In this document: positions 29,859 through 39,299 of the stretch, in pieces
Layout: the number at the start of each line of letters is the position of its first letter
How positions within the stretch are numbered: position 1 is the stretch's first letter
DNA from: Candidatus Latescibacterota bacterium
GTDB lineage: Bacteria > Latescibacterota > UBA2968 > UBA8231
Length of the DNA stretch: 64,000 bases
Assembly (NCBI GenBank): GCA_965215195.1
Contig: CBDCDC010000002.1
Span: 3,776,001 to 3,840,000 of the forward strand
Direction: 5' to 3'
Made by a program: the position numbers and the translations under genes
Notes under the pieces: model-generated
What the model was told of the DNA's origin: nothing
The model's input: only the letters and a program-made list of their open reading frames with translations
The model's database searches: none

Positions 29859-31304
29859 TCAGGCGGCGGCCCGCTCTAGGGCGTGGGCTGCGCCCAGTAG
29901 GCGGGCCTCTTCGAGGGGCGGGGCCAACAATTGCACGCCAATGGGCAAGTCGCTGCGGCTGTGGGCAAAGGGCACGGATATGGCCGGAATCCCGGCGAGG
30001 TTGACCGAGGCCGTGTAGATGTCGTTGAGGTACATCTGCAAGGGGTCGTCGAGCTGTTCGCCGAGGCGGAAGGCAGGGGTCGGGGCCACGGGCGAGATCA
30101 GCACGTCGCAGGCGGCAAAAGCGCGGGCAAAGTCTTGGCGGATCAAGGTGCGAACCTGCTGGGCTTTGCGGTAGTACGCGTCGTAGTAGCCGGCACTTAG
30201 GGCGTAAGCACCGAGCATGATGCGGCGCTTTACCTCGTTGCCAAAGCCCTCGCTGCGCGTCTGCAAATACATCTCCTGCAGGTCGGTGCTGCCTTTGGCG
30301 CGATAGCCGTATTTGACGCCATCGTAGCGCGCGAGATTGGCCGAGGCCTCGGCCATGGCGATGATGTAATAGGTACTGATGCAGTATTCGGGGTGGCCGG
30401 CCACGGGTAGCTGGACATCCACGCGCTCGGCCCCGGCATCCACGAGGGCGTTGGCTGCATCTTGAGCCGCAGCGGCCACCTCCGAGTCGAGCGCGGCGGG
30501 AAAGTGCTCGTGCGCCAAGCCCACTTTCAGGCCGCGGGCGTCCCCTCCAAGCGCGGCCCGATAGTCGGGCACGGGTGCAGTGCTGGAAGTTGAGTCGCGG
30601 GGGTCGTGCCCGGCGATGGCTTGGAGCAGAAAGGCGGCGTCTTCGACGTCTTTGGTCACCGGGCCGATTTGGTCGAGCGAAGAGGCGTAGGCTATGAGTC
30701 CGTAGCGCGAGACGCGGCCGTAGGTGGGCTTGAGGCCAACGACTCCACAGTAACTGGCCGGCTGGCGCACCGAGCCGCCGGTGTCTGAGCCGAGGGCGAG
30801 GATGGTCTCGTCGGCAGCGACGGCCGCGGCCGATCCCCCGCTGGAGCCACCCGGCACCCGCTCGGGGTGGCAGGGGTTTGAGGTGGGGCCGAAATAGGAG
30901 TTTTCGCAGGACGAGCCCATGGCGAACTCGTCCATGTTGGTCTTGCCGATGAAGACGGCGTCGGCGGCGCGCAGCCGCTCAACGGCCGTGGCGTCGTAGG
31001 GGGCGATGAAGTGTTCGAGAATTTTCGATCCACAGGTGGTGCGCCCGCCGCGCACGCAGAGGACGTCCTTGAGGGCCAAGGGAATACCCGCCAAAGGCCC
31101 CAAAGCCGCACCAGCCGTGCGCCGCTGATCAATGTCGTCGGCGTGCGCTAGGGCACCCGCTGGATCTACGCTGATGAAGGCGTTGATCTGGCCGTCGATT
31201 GCGCCGATGCGGTTGAGCGCGGCCTCGACTAGCTGGCGGGCGGTGATTTCCCCTCGTTGCAGTTGAGCGCCGAGTTCGTGGGCAGTGGCTTGGTTGAGCG
31301 CCAT
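29859..31304 (-). CDS. gatA: Asp/Glu-tRNA amidotransferase subunit A
   Basis: [52 protein letters not shown]. Confidence 0.95.
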   Translation of the reverse strand: MALNQATAHELGAQLQRGEITARQLVEAALNRIGAIDGQINAFISVDPAGALAHADDIDQRRTAGAALGPLAGIPLALKDVLCVRGGRTTCGSKILEHFIAPYDATAVERLRAADAVFIGKTNMDEFAMGSSCENSYFGPTSNPCHPERVPGGSSGGSAAAVAADETILALGSDTGGSVRQPASYCGVVGLKPTYGRVSRYGLIAYASSLDQIGPVTKDVEDAAFLLQAIAGHDPRDSTSSTAPVPDYRAALGGDARGLKVGLAHEHFPAALDSEVAAAAQDAANALVDAGAERVDVQLPVAGHPEYCISTYYIIAMAEASANLARYDGVKYGYRAKGSTDLQEMYLQTRSEGFGNEVKRRIMLGAYALSAGYYDAYYRKAQQVRTLIRQDFARAFAACDVLISPVAPTPAFRLGEQLDDPLQMYLNDIYTASVNLAGIPAISVPFAHSRSDLPIGVQLLAPPLEEARLLGAAHALERAAA

Positions 31305-31307
31305 GAG

Positions 31308-31544
31308 TCAGGAGGCGGCTTGGTCCTTGTCTTTAGACTGAGGCTCGGTTTGAGCCGGGGGGGCTGTAGGCTGAGTAGGTTGCTGCGGGGCCTCGATTTC
31401 GTCCTGCACGTCGCGCATGGCGGTGCGGAACTCGCGGATGCCCTTGCCCAAGCCCTGCGCCATCTCGGGGATGCGCTTGGCGCCGAAGATGAGCAGAATG
31501 ACGACGAAGATGATGAGTATTTCCCAGTGGCCCATACCGAACAT
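31308..31544 (-). CDS. tatA: Twin-arginine translocase TatA/E
   Basis: MFGMGHWEILII...FGAKRIPEMAQGLGKGIREF. Confidence 0.9.
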   Translation of the reverse strand: MFGMGHWEILIIFVVILLIFGAKRIPEMAQGLGKGIREFRTAMRDVQDEIEAPQQPTQPTAPPAQTEPQSKDKDQAAS

Positions 31545-31568
31545 GGCTCTATCTCCCGAAAGATGTGT

Positions 31569-31850
31569 TCAATAGCTGTGGCGGAAGTAGTACCAGCCGA
31601 CGAAGAGTCCCAACATAGTGATGAGGTTGAACTTTAGCGACAGCTCAAACGAAAAAGACAGGATGATGAGGTTGAACATGTGCGGCCCGATGGAATACTC
31701 CACGTAGCGCAAGAGAGCGAGTTCGACAATGGTATCGGGGCCGACTAGGCCGATGAGGATGAACCGCAGCATTTCGCCGACGAGATTGGCGCCGATCATC
31801 GTGGTGAAGAGGATGAGGATGAGGTGGCTGAGGGGCTTGTCGCGCAGCAT
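31569..31850 (-). CDS. Small membrane protein (DUF4321-like)
   Basis: 93 aa hydrophobic protein; FNLIILSFSFELSLKFNLITMLG. Confidence 0.55.
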   Translation of the reverse strand: MLRDKPLSHLILILFTTMIGANLVGEMLRFILIGLVGPDTIVELALLRYVEYSIGPHMFNLIILSFSFELSLKFNLITMLGLFVGWYYFRHSY

Positions 31851-31856
31851 GGGGAC

Positions 31857-32552
31857 TCAGGCGTGTTGCGTGACGTCGCCGTGCAAAAGCCGGAGGCCCC
31901 AACGAAAGGGCCCGGAGAAGACGTACACGAGGATCATGGGAAAGAAAAAGATGCCGTCGTAGATGATCAGCCCGATCGTGGCGATGAAGTAAAGCTGTTT
32001 GAAGCGGTCGCCGAAGGAGGTGCCGCGGAAGTTGGGAATACTGTCGTAATTGAGCCGACTGACCATCAGGAAGGACAGCACTAAAATCAGCAGCACGGCC
32101 AGCGGCGCGGCGTGGGGGATGGGCCACGCTTTGACCAAGACCACGTATTGGGTGAGGCAGACCGCGGCCGTGGGAATGGCCAGCCCCATGTAAAATTCGC
32201 CGCGCTCGCCCTCTAGGCTGAGCGTGTTGAAGCGGGCGAGGCGCATAGCACCGCACAGCAGGTACGCGAAGGCCAGCGCCAGCCCCCAGCCGGTGGGCAG
32301 GTGGGCCTGATAGATGATGGCAGCGGGCACGATGCCAAAGGTACAGGCATCGACAATGGAGTCGAAGTGGAGCCCAAATTGGGAGTTGCGTCCCATAATC
32401 CGGGCGAGTTGGCCATCCATTTTGTCGAATACCGCGCCCAAGAAGATGAGCCAAGCGGCTGGCACATAGTTGTCGTTAAAGGCGTAGTGCAAGGCGAGGA
32501 ACCCGCACAACAGGTTGCCGATGGTGAGCGCGTTGGGTATGAACTGCCTCAT
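31857..32552 (-). CDS. pssA: CDP-diacylglycerol--serine O-phosphatidyltransferase
   Basis: IPNALTIGNLLCG, DKMDGQLAR...FGLHFDSIVDACTFG, RLARFN, LMVS. Confidence 0.88.
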   Translation of the reverse strand: MRQFIPNALTIGNLLCGFLALHYAFNDNYVPAAWLIFLGAVFDKMDGQLARIMGRNSQFGLHFDSIVDACTFGIVPAAIIYQAHLPTGWGLALAFAYLLCGAMRLARFNTLSLEGERGEFYMGLAIPTAAVCLTQYVVLVKAWPIPHAAPLAVLLILVLSFLMVSRLNYDSIPNFRGTSFGDRFKQLYFIATIGLIIYDGIFFFPMILVYVFSGPFRWGLRLLHGDVTQHA

Positions 32553-32571
32553 TTTCGCATCCTTCCTGCCG

Positions 32572-33675
32572 CTAGCGCCGCGTCCGGTAGGGACGCTCTT
32601 CAAGGGTCAGGTCTAGGTTGTAGTGTTCGTTGTGGCGCACCACGCCGAGCGCGGCGACTTCGCCGACGCGCAAGACGCGCAAGACGCCAATAGCCTCGTC
32701 GGCACTGCGGATCTTCTCGTCGTTGACCGCGACGATCACATCGCCGCTTTCGAGGCCGGCTAGTTCGGCCGGACTGTCGCGGGCCACCCTGACGACTAGG
32801 GCCCCGTCGGTGGAATTGAGCCTTAGGTACTCGGCTAGATTCGGGGTGATGTCTTGGACGGACAGGATGCCGGTCCAAGCGCGGCGCACTTGGCCGTGCT
32901 GGCGAATTTCCTCCAAGAAGCTCGCGGCCGTGTCAATGGGAATGGCGAAGCCAATGCCGATAGAGCCGCTGTCGTACTCGCTGCCGGTGTAGATAAAGCT
33001 GTTGATGCCGATGACCTCGCCGTCGGCATTGACGAGGGGACCGCCGCTATTGCCTCTATTGATGGCCGCATCGGTCTGAATCATGTCTCGGTAGTAGTAA
33101 TCGCCTTGGGGTTCGGAAAAGTCGCGATCTAGGGCACTGACGACGCCGATGCTGACGGTAGGCCCCAAATCAAAGGGGTTGCCAATGGCAATGGCCCATT
33201 CGCCGACGAGAATATCGCCCGAAGTGCCGAGGGGCGCAACCGGCAGGTCGCCTTCATCTACCTTGAGGACGGCGAGGTCGAAGTTGAAGTCGGAGGCCAC
33301 GTAGCGGGCCTCAAAGGTGCGGCCATCGGGCTCGGGTAACGAGGCCGTGATCTTCTGTAGCTGGCGCGGATCGCCGACGACGTGGCTATTGGTGAGAATG
33401 TAGCCCTCGCCATCGACGACAAATCCCGAGCCGGTGGACATGCGGTGTTGATCTTGGGGCACGTAGTAGAATGGCGAGAAAAAGTTCCAAAAAGGGTCGC
33501 CGCGATGCCGGTATAGATTATAGATGCGCTGTCGGTAGCGCACGTGGAGGCTGACGACCGAGGGCTGCACCCGCTCCACGGCCCGCACTACGGCCGTGCG
33601 GCGCGACTCCTCAATGGACGCGCCGGCATGGCTCAGGGCCAATGCCAGCAGAGCGAGTGAGCATGTAAAGCGCAA
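32572..33675 (-). CDS. HtrA/DegP-family serine protease with one PDZ domain
   Basis: GSGF, TNSHVV, DLAVLK, IGNPF, IQTDAAINRGNSGGPL; likely TTG start 33675 after GAGG. Confidence 0.9.
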   Translation of the reverse strand: MRFTCSLALLALALSHAGASIEESRRTAVVRAVERVQPSVVSLHVRYRQRIYNLYRHRGDPFWNFFSPFYYVPQDQHRMSTGSGFVVDGEGYILTNSHVVGDPRQLQKITASLPEPDGRTFEARYVASDFNFDLAVLKVDEGDLPVAPLGTSGDILVGEWAIAIGNPFDLGPTVSIGVVSALDRDFSEPQGDYYYRDMIQTDAAINRGNSGGPLVNADGEVIGINSFIYTGSEYDSGSIGIGFAIPIDTAASFLEEIRQHGQVRRAWTGILSVQDITPNLAEYLRLNSTDGALVVRVARDSPAELAGLESGDVIVAVNDEKIRSADEAIGVLRVLRVGEVAALGVVRHNEHYNLDLTLEERPYRTRR

Positions 33676-33772
33676 GGTTGTACCTCGAAAAATGAAGTTC
33701 GCTAACGACAAGTAATATATATAATAATCATACACATAGTTGCAAGTATTGCACGGCAGGTGCCCAGTCCCG

Positions 33773-34078
33773 CTAGCCCGGCACTGGGCCGCCCAGGCCA
33801 AGGATTGCATCAAAGCTATCGCTTTTGGCGGCCTTATTCCTTTTGGTCATGCCACATGTGGTGCAGCGGTGGACGAGGATGTAATCGCCGCGTCTGATGG
33901 TAAACCCCACCGGCTCCATCAAGCCGCGACAGGGCTCGGCGCGATCGCCTGGGTGTACATCGACGTGTTGGCTCCACAGGCATTGGGGGCAGTGATTGGT
34001 GTACCCATTGCCCCGCACGTGGAAGCCGCAATGTCCGCAGGTAAAATTTTCAATGTGCCGCTGGAATTTTTTGCGCAT
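33773..34078 (-). CDS. RNHCP domain protein
   Basis: FTCGHCG...YTNHCPQCLWSQHVD..PGDRA..CRGLMEP...HRCTTCG. Confidence 0.85.
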   Translation of the reverse strand: MRKKFQRHIENFTCGHCGFHVRGNGYTNHCPQCLWSQHVDVHPGDRAEPCRGLMEPVGFTIRRGDYILVHRCTTCGMTKRNKAAKSDSFDAILGLGGPVPG

Positions 34079-34083
34079 TGGGG

Positions 34084-34842
34084 CTAGGCCATTTCCGCGC
34101 TAAAACGGTTATCCGGGTACGCCACCCACAGCAGGCAGAGGCCGCACGCCGGGGCTGTGGGGCCGGCCGCGGTGCGGTCGCCGCTGGCGAGCAGGTCGTC
34201 CATGGCCGCTGGCGGCCTCGTGCCGCGGCCAATTTCGACCATGGTGCCGACGAGGATCCGCACCATGTGGCGGAGGAAGCGGTTGGCCTCGATTTCAAAG
34301 ACCAGCTCGGGGCCGCGCTGGAACCAGGCCGCGTCGAAGATTCGGCATGTCAGGTGCTCGGGGATGGGATCCTGTTTGCAAAAGGCCCCAAAAGCGCGTT
34401 CGCCGCCGAGCGTGTGCGCGGCCGCGGCCATGGGGGCCAAAGACAGTGCCGCATAATAGGTCCACACCTGAGTGCGGTTGACGGCCGCCTTGCCTTGGTG
34501 AATGCGGTAGCGATAGCGCTTGCGGGTCGCGCTGTAGCGGGCGTGAAAGTCCGCGGCGACTTCGTCAGCGGTGCGCACGGCAATGTCTGGGGGCAATAGG
34601 CCGTTGAGGCTGCGGACCAGCCGGGCGGTGGGCAGTGCGGCCTCGGTCTGGAAATGAGCCACCTGCCCGAGGGCGTGGGTGCCGGCGTCCGTGCGACCGG
34701 CGCCGATGAGGCGGATCGGCTCTTTGAGCAGGATGTGCAAAGCTCGTTCGAGCGCGTCTTGCACGGTGCGGCCGCTCTTTTGGCTCTGCCAGCCGACAAA
34801 GTGGGTGCCGTCGTATTCGATTACCAAGCGCAGAGTTCGCAT
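34084..34842 (-). CDS. truA: tRNA pseudouridine(38-40) synthase
   Basis: YDGTHFVGWQ, GRTDAGTHALGQ, FHARYSA, FLRHMVRILVG. Confidence 0.95.
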   Translation of the reverse strand: MRTLRLVIEYDGTHFVGWQSQKSGRTVQDALERALHILLKEPIRLIGAGRTDAGTHALGQVAHFQTEAALPTARLVRSLNGLLPPDIAVRTADEVAADFHARYSATRKRYRYRIHQGKAAVNRTQVWTYYAALSLAPMAAAAHTLGGERAFGAFCKQDPIPEHLTCRIFDAAWFQRGPELVFEIEANRFLRHMVRILVGTMVEIGRGTRPPAAMDDLLASGDRTAAGPTAPACGLCLLWVAYPDNRFSAEMA

Positions 34843-34850
34843 TGCCCTAA

Positions 34851-34982
34851 GAAGCGGTCTGAAAATTCCGGGTATCGTCCCTTGTATGAGGATCGAGGGC
34901 GTCTCGCCCTCGCAAAACGCTCCCTCCGAGGGCCTCTCAACCGCTGCTCAACGCGGTTCGCCGAGGGTTTGCAGACTGCTTC
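34851..34982. mobile_element. 132-bp MITE (family 1, IS5-like ends) with TAA target duplication
   Basis: TIRs GAAGCGGTCTGAAAA / TTTGCAGACTGCTTC; TAA at 34848-34850 and 34983-34985; internal CGAGGGCG-TCT-CGCCCTCG hairpin. Confidence 0.75.
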
Positions 34983-35782
34983 TAACGCAGATAGTACATG
35001 AGCGCGACCAAGCCTAGGGCGGCCAAGGCCGATAGATAGTCGGCGCGGCCAAAGCGCAGCGGGCGGTAGTGGGTGCGCTCGGCCCCGCTGGCGTAGCAGC
35101 GGCTCTCCATGGCCAAGGCGAGGCGGTCGGCGCGACCGCAGGCCGCGACGAGGAGGGGCACGAGGAGGGGCACGAGGTTTTTGCTGCGGCGCAGAAAAGG
35201 ACCGCTAAAGTCGGCCCCGCGCGCTAGTTGGGCCTTGTGCAGGCGCTCGGCTTCGTCGAGGAGCACGGGAATGAACCGCAGGGCAATGGAGATCATCAGC
35301 GCCATGTCGCCGGCCGGAAAGCCGAAGCGGCGCAAAGGGCTGAAGAGGTGCTCCAAGCCACGGGTTATCTCCATCGGTGCGGTCGCGAGCGTCAAGAGCG
35401 TGGCCGCGACAATGGCCGCGGCTAGCCGCGCAGTGAAGAAGGCCCCCAAGCGCAGGCCCTCGGCGGTTAGAACGTGCTCGGAAAAGGGCAACGGCAAGAC
35501 GGGCCGGCCAGGTGTGAGCAGCGCGTGGAGGCCAAAGGTGAACAGGAAGAGCCAAGCAAAGGTTTTGAACTGGCGCAGCACGAGGCGCCAAGGCACCCGC
35601 GCCAAGGCGGTGGCCCCAAGCAGGAAGGCCCCAAGCAGCAGTAGGGCGAGTGCGTTGGACGCTGCAAAAGCCGCCAGCGTCAGCGCGCAAACGGCCCCCA
35701 ACTTGGTGCGCGGATCGAGGCGGTGAATCGGCGAGTCGAGCGCGATATAGCGGCCGAGTGCAATGTCCGGCAAAAAGGCCAA
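34982..35782 (-). CDS. ecfT: Energy-coupling factor transporter T component
   Basis: SPIHRLDPRTKL, IALRFIPVL, AQLARG, LAMESRCY. Confidence 0.88.
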   Translation of the reverse strand: MAFLPDIALGRYIALDSPIHRLDPRTKLGAVCALTLAAFAASNALALLLLGAFLLGATALARVPWRLVLRQFKTFAWLFLFTFGLHALLTPGRPVLPLPFSEHVLTAEGLRLGAFFTARLAAAIVAATLLTLATAPMEITRGLEHLFSPLRRFGFPAGDMALMISIALRFIPVLLDEAERLHKAQLARGADFSGPFLRRSKNLVPLLVPLLVAACGRADRLALAMESRCYASGAERTHYRPLRFGRADYLSALAALGLVALMYYLR

Positions 35783-35786
35783 GGCG

Positions 35787-36734
35787 CTAGGGCAAGAAGC
35801 GGTTGGTGAAGACTGTTGCGGCATCCACGACCCCGTCTTTGATCAGGCCAGCGGCCACCATTTGTTCCAATAGCTCCTGCCAGCGCTGTAGGGTCATGCT
35901 GCCGAGGCTGTTTTGTCGGGCGACCGGATCGAGAACCATGGCGACGGATTCGGCGGCACCATAGGCGAGAATGTCCATGCCCATCTCGGGGTTGAGCCCG
36001 TTGATGTGGCGATTGGTCGCTTCTGGCGCGGCGAGGTATTGCTCCCAGCCCTTGACGCTGGCGCGGACTACGGCACCGACGATCTCCGGCTCGGCGGCGA
36101 TGCGCTCTTCAGTGGCGATGAGTACGCTGGCATAGGGGTTGAAGCCGGTGTCGGCTACGAGCAGGGCCTTGGGATCGCCGCCTTTGACCTTGGCGACGAA
36201 AGGCTCGCTGAAGACATAAGCCTGTTGGGCGAAATTCTCGTCCGCGAGGAATTGGGCCACATTGCCGGGGTACGGGACGATTTTGACGCCTGCAAACGGG
36301 TATTTCCAGCGCAGATAGTGCGAGAAGGCCGGGCGCTGCGACAGGGCCAAGGTCATGTTTTTGATTTGCGAAATGGAGTCGATCCCCGCGCTCTCGTGGA
36401 CCATGATGCAGTGCGGGCTGATCTGGTAGGACGCCATGAGCGCGACCACTGGAATCTGTTGGGCGCGGGCGTACAGGATGTCGTCGGCATTGACTATGCC
36501 AAAGGCCACCGCGCCAGTGGCCACGCGCTGGACGACCGGCGCGTCCGGGCCGCCGCCGAGGACTTCGACCTCAACGCCGCTTTCCTCGTAGTAACCGTGG
36601 ACTACGGCCGCGTACAAGCCGCCGTGTTCGGCTTCTGGGAACCAGTTGAGCGCGAGTTGGATGGCCTCTTCAGAGGCGCAGGCATTGAGCCACAAGAGGG
36701 CGATGAGAAGCGAGTATTTCACAATTCCTTTCAC
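35787..36734 (-). CDS. ABC substrate-binding lipoprotein (NMT1/THI5-like)
   Basis: Lipobox LNAC; LNWFPEAEHGGLYAA...GGP; YVFSEPF. Confidence 0.85.
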   Translation of the reverse strand: MKGIVKYSLLIALLWLNACASEEAIQLALNWFPEAEHGGLYAAVVHGYYEESGVEVEVLGGGPDAPVVQRVATGAVAFGIVNADDILYARAQQIPVVALMASYQISPHCIMVHESAGIDSISQIKNMTLALSQRPAFSHYLRWKYPFAGVKIVPYPGNVAQFLADENFAQQAYVFSEPFVAKVKGGDPKALLVADTGFNPYASVLIATEERIAAEPEIVGAVVRASVKGWEQYLAAPEATNRHINGLNPEMGMDILAYGAAESVAMVLDPVARQNSLGSMTLQRWQELLEQMVAAGLIKDGVVDAATVFTNRFLP

Positions 36735-36747
36735 CAGGGCCGCAGGG

Positions 36748-36825
36748 TTAGCTTGTGGGCGAGCGAGGGGTCGTCGCCAGCAGGAGCCAGCGGCGAGCTT
36801 CGTCGACGAGCGCGGGGTCGTTCAT
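36748..36825 (-). pseudogene. Possible N-terminal remnant of a HEPN-domain protein
   Basis: MNDPALVDEARRWLLLA resembles the first helix of HEPN proteins of MNT-HEPN pairs; only 25 codons. Confidence 0.35.
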
Positions 36826-36852
36826 AGCTTTTGCAAACGGGCGTCCCGCCAT

Positions 36853-37635
36853 TTACTCGGGCGCACCCGTCCAGCGCCTGAGCAAGAAAGTACTCAAGCT
36901 GCCCACGGCGGTAAATAGCCCCAAGCCGAGCAACGTGCAAAACAGAATGCAGGCGAAGAGGTAGTCGGTTTTGGCTTGGCCGTTGGTGAGGATGATCAAG
37001 TAGCCGAGGCCAAAGTCCTCGGTGCCGTAGCCGGCGAAGAACTCGCCGACAATTGCGCCGATGACCGACAGGCCGCTGGAGATGCGGGCCCCGACGAGCA
37101 TCTGGGGTACGGCCCCGGGGACGCGGAGCTTGAACAGCACCTGCCAGCGGCTGGCCTTGTTGAGGGCGAAGAAGTCGAGGAGGTGAGGATCGACGCGAGT
37201 CAGGCCGTCAGTGGTATTGGCGATGACCGGGAAGAGGGCGATGATGAAAGAGACGGCCACCACGCCTTGGAGGCCGTAGCCGATCCACAGGATGATCAGG
37301 GGCGCGATGGCTACGATGGGCATGGTTTGCAAAAAGATCGCGTAGGGGTAGAGGCTGCGCTCGATGAAGCGCGACTGGGAAAACAGCAGGGCCACCAAGA
37401 AGCCAAAGGCAAAGCTGAGGGCAAAGCCCAAGAGGGCACCCGAGGCCGTCAGCAGGGTAGCCGACAGCAGGCGCGGCAAGTTGTCGGCTACGGCCCGGGC
37501 CACGAGCAAGGGACCGGGCAGTAGAAAAGGCTCGACCGCGAGGAGTGCGACCGCGGCTTGCCAAGCGCACAGGACCAAGGCGAAGAACAGCAGTGGGGGC
37601 AGGGCATTGGCCGCGAGGGAGCGCAGTCGTCTCAT
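36853..37635 (-). CDS. ABC permease (SsuC/NitT/TauC family)
   Basis: LQTMPIVAIAPLIILWIG, FFALNKASRWQVLFKLRVP, IGAIVGEF. Confidence 0.88.
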   Translation of the reverse strand: MRRLRSLAANALPPLLFFALVLCAWQAAVALLAVEPFLLPGPLLVARAVADNLPRLLSATLLTASGALLGFALSFAFGFLVALLFSQSRFIERSLYPYAIFLQTMPIVAIAPLIILWIGYGLQGVVAVSFIIALFPVIANTTDGLTRVDPHLLDFFALNKASRWQVLFKLRVPGAVPQMLVGARISSGLSVIGAIVGEFFAGYGTEDFGLGYLIILTNGQAKTDYLFACILFCTLLGLGLFTAVGSLSTFLLRRWTGAPE

Positions 37636-38372
37636 GCGGCATCAGCGCGGGCGAGCTGGCGCGAAATCCCGTTGGCTAGGTGGCTGAATTCAGGGGCGCT
37701 GCGCAAGTGCGCTGAGCGCGGATAGGGAAACGGGATGGGGATGTCGGCGAGGATGCGGCCGGGCCGTGCGCTCATCACGAGAACCCGCTGGCTGAGAAAG
37801 ACGGCTTCGGAGACGCTGTGCGTGACGAAGAGGCCGGTCCAGCGATCTTCCTGCCACAGGCGCAGCAGCTCCTCGTTGAGCCGCTGACGGGTGATTTCGT
37901 CGAGCGCAGCAAAAGGCTCGTCGAGGAGTAGGATCTGGGGGCGCGTCACCAAGGCGCGGGCAATGGAGACCCGCATGCGCATGCCGCCGGAGAGTTGGGC
38001 CGGGTACGCAGCGGCAAAGTCGGTTAGGCCAACCAGTTCAAGCGTCTGGGCGACGCGCTCGGCCGCGACCTCGCGGCGCAGCTCTAAGGGGAGGGCGATG
38101 TTGTGCGCGACCGACCGCCAAGGCAGCAGGGTGGCGTCTTGGAAGACGAAGGCAAGGCCGAGCGGGTCGCGGCCATCCACGCGCAGGGCGCCGCTCGTGG
38201 GCGCGTCGAGGCCGGCTACGAGGCGGAGGAAGGTGGATTTGCCGCAGCCGGAAGGGCCGACTATGGAGGCGAATTGACCGCGGCCAATCTCCAAATTGAG
38301 TTCGCGCAGGGCTTGCACCCCGGAGGGGAAGCACTTGGCGAGGCCCGAGGCGACGACGAGTTGAGGCTCCAT
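37632..38372 (-). CDS. ABC ATPase (SsuB/TauB family)
   Basis: GPSGCGKST, LSGGMRMR, LLLDEPF, FVTH. Confidence 0.9.
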   Translation of the reverse strand: MEPQLVVASGLAKCFPSGVQALRELNLEIGRGQFASIVGPSGCGKSTFLRLVAGLDAPTSGALRVDGRDPLGLAFVFQDATLLPWRSVAHNIALPLELRREVAAERVAQTLELVGLTDFAAAYPAQLSGGMRMRVSIARALVTRPQILLLDEPFAALDEITRQRLNEELLRLWQEDRWTGLFVTHSVSEAVFLSQRVLVMSARPGRILADIPIPFPYPRSAHLRSAPEFSHLANGISRQLARADAA

Positions 38373-39299
38373 TTAACCTCGGGGGTGGTAGGTCTTGTGG
38401 ATCTCTTTGAGGTAGCTGAGGTCGAGGTGCGTGTAGATCTGGGTGGTGGAGATGTCGGCGTGGCCCAACAGCTCCTGCACTACGCGGAGATTGGCACCGC
38501 CTTCTAACAGATGCGTGGCAAAGGAATGGCGCAGGGTGTGGGGGCTAATTTCCTTGCCGATGCGCGCTTTGTCGCCGGCGATTTTGATGATCTTCCACAC
38601 GCTCATCCGCGACAGCGGGCCGCCTTGGGCGTTGAGAAAGACGTGGTCGCTCGAGTCGGGACGAGCGAGGTGGGGGCGGCCTTGGCGCAGGTAGCGTTTG
38701 AGCATGCGGACGTCTTTGGCTGCGATGGGCACGATGCGCTCGCGCCGGCCGCGGACGTGGACGAGACCCCGCTCTAGCAGCAAGGCTGTCTGTTGCAGGG
38801 CGGTCAGCTCGGAGACGCGGATGCCGGTGGCGTAGAGCACGGCGAGGATGGCCCGGTCGCGCTGGCCCAGCGGCTCGTCCGGGTCGGGCGCAGCAAGCAG
38901 GGCGGCGATGTCCTCAACCGAGAGTACGTCGGGCAGGCGGCGCTCCAGTTTGGGCGGGTCGAGGAGTTCGGCCGGGTTGTGGGTCGTTGCGCCTTGGACC
39001 AGCAAATACTGGTGGAAGCGCTTTATCGAGGTGAGGTTGCGGGCCATGGTGGAAGGGGTGAGGCCGGCGTCGCGCAGTGAGTGGAGCAAATGGGCGATGT
39101 GCTGGTGTTGGACAGCTTCTAGGTGCTCAATGTCTTGGGCGGCCAGGTGGTGCAGATAGCGGTGGAGGTCGCGGCGATAGGCGTCGAGGGTATTGGCCGC
39201 TAGCCCATTGTCGCGCTCCATGGCCTTGAGGAAGCGCTCGCAGGGGATGGACAGGGCCGCTGGCAGCGGGCGCTCAGGAGTGAATTTCGGGCGGGCCAT
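38373..39299 (-). CDS. xerD: Tyrosine recombinase XerD
   Basis: NTLDAYRRDL, RDRAILAVLYATGIRVSE, SPHTLRHSFATHLLEGGANLRVVQELLGHADISTTQIYTH, HPR. Confidence 0.88.
   Translation of the reverse strand: MARPKFTPERPLPAALSIPCERFLKAMERDNGLAANTLDAYRRDLHRYLHHLAAQDIEHLEAVQHQHIAHLLHSLRDAGLTPSTMARNLTSIKRFHQYLLVQGATTHNPAELLDPPKLERRLPDVLSVEDIAALLAAPDPDEPLGQRDRAILAVLYATGIRVSELTALQQTALLLERGLVHVRGRRERIVPIAAKDVRMLKRYLRQGRPHLARPDSSDHVFLNAQGGPLSRMSVWKIIKIAGDKARIGKEISPHTLRHSFATHLLEGGANLRVVQELLGHADISTTQIYTHLDLSYLKEIHKTYHPRG

Noticed and set aside
38373-39299. Tyrosine recombinase as a prophage or island integrase
   Set aside because: XerD-type sequence in a housekeeping operon; no att sites, tRNA or phage genes
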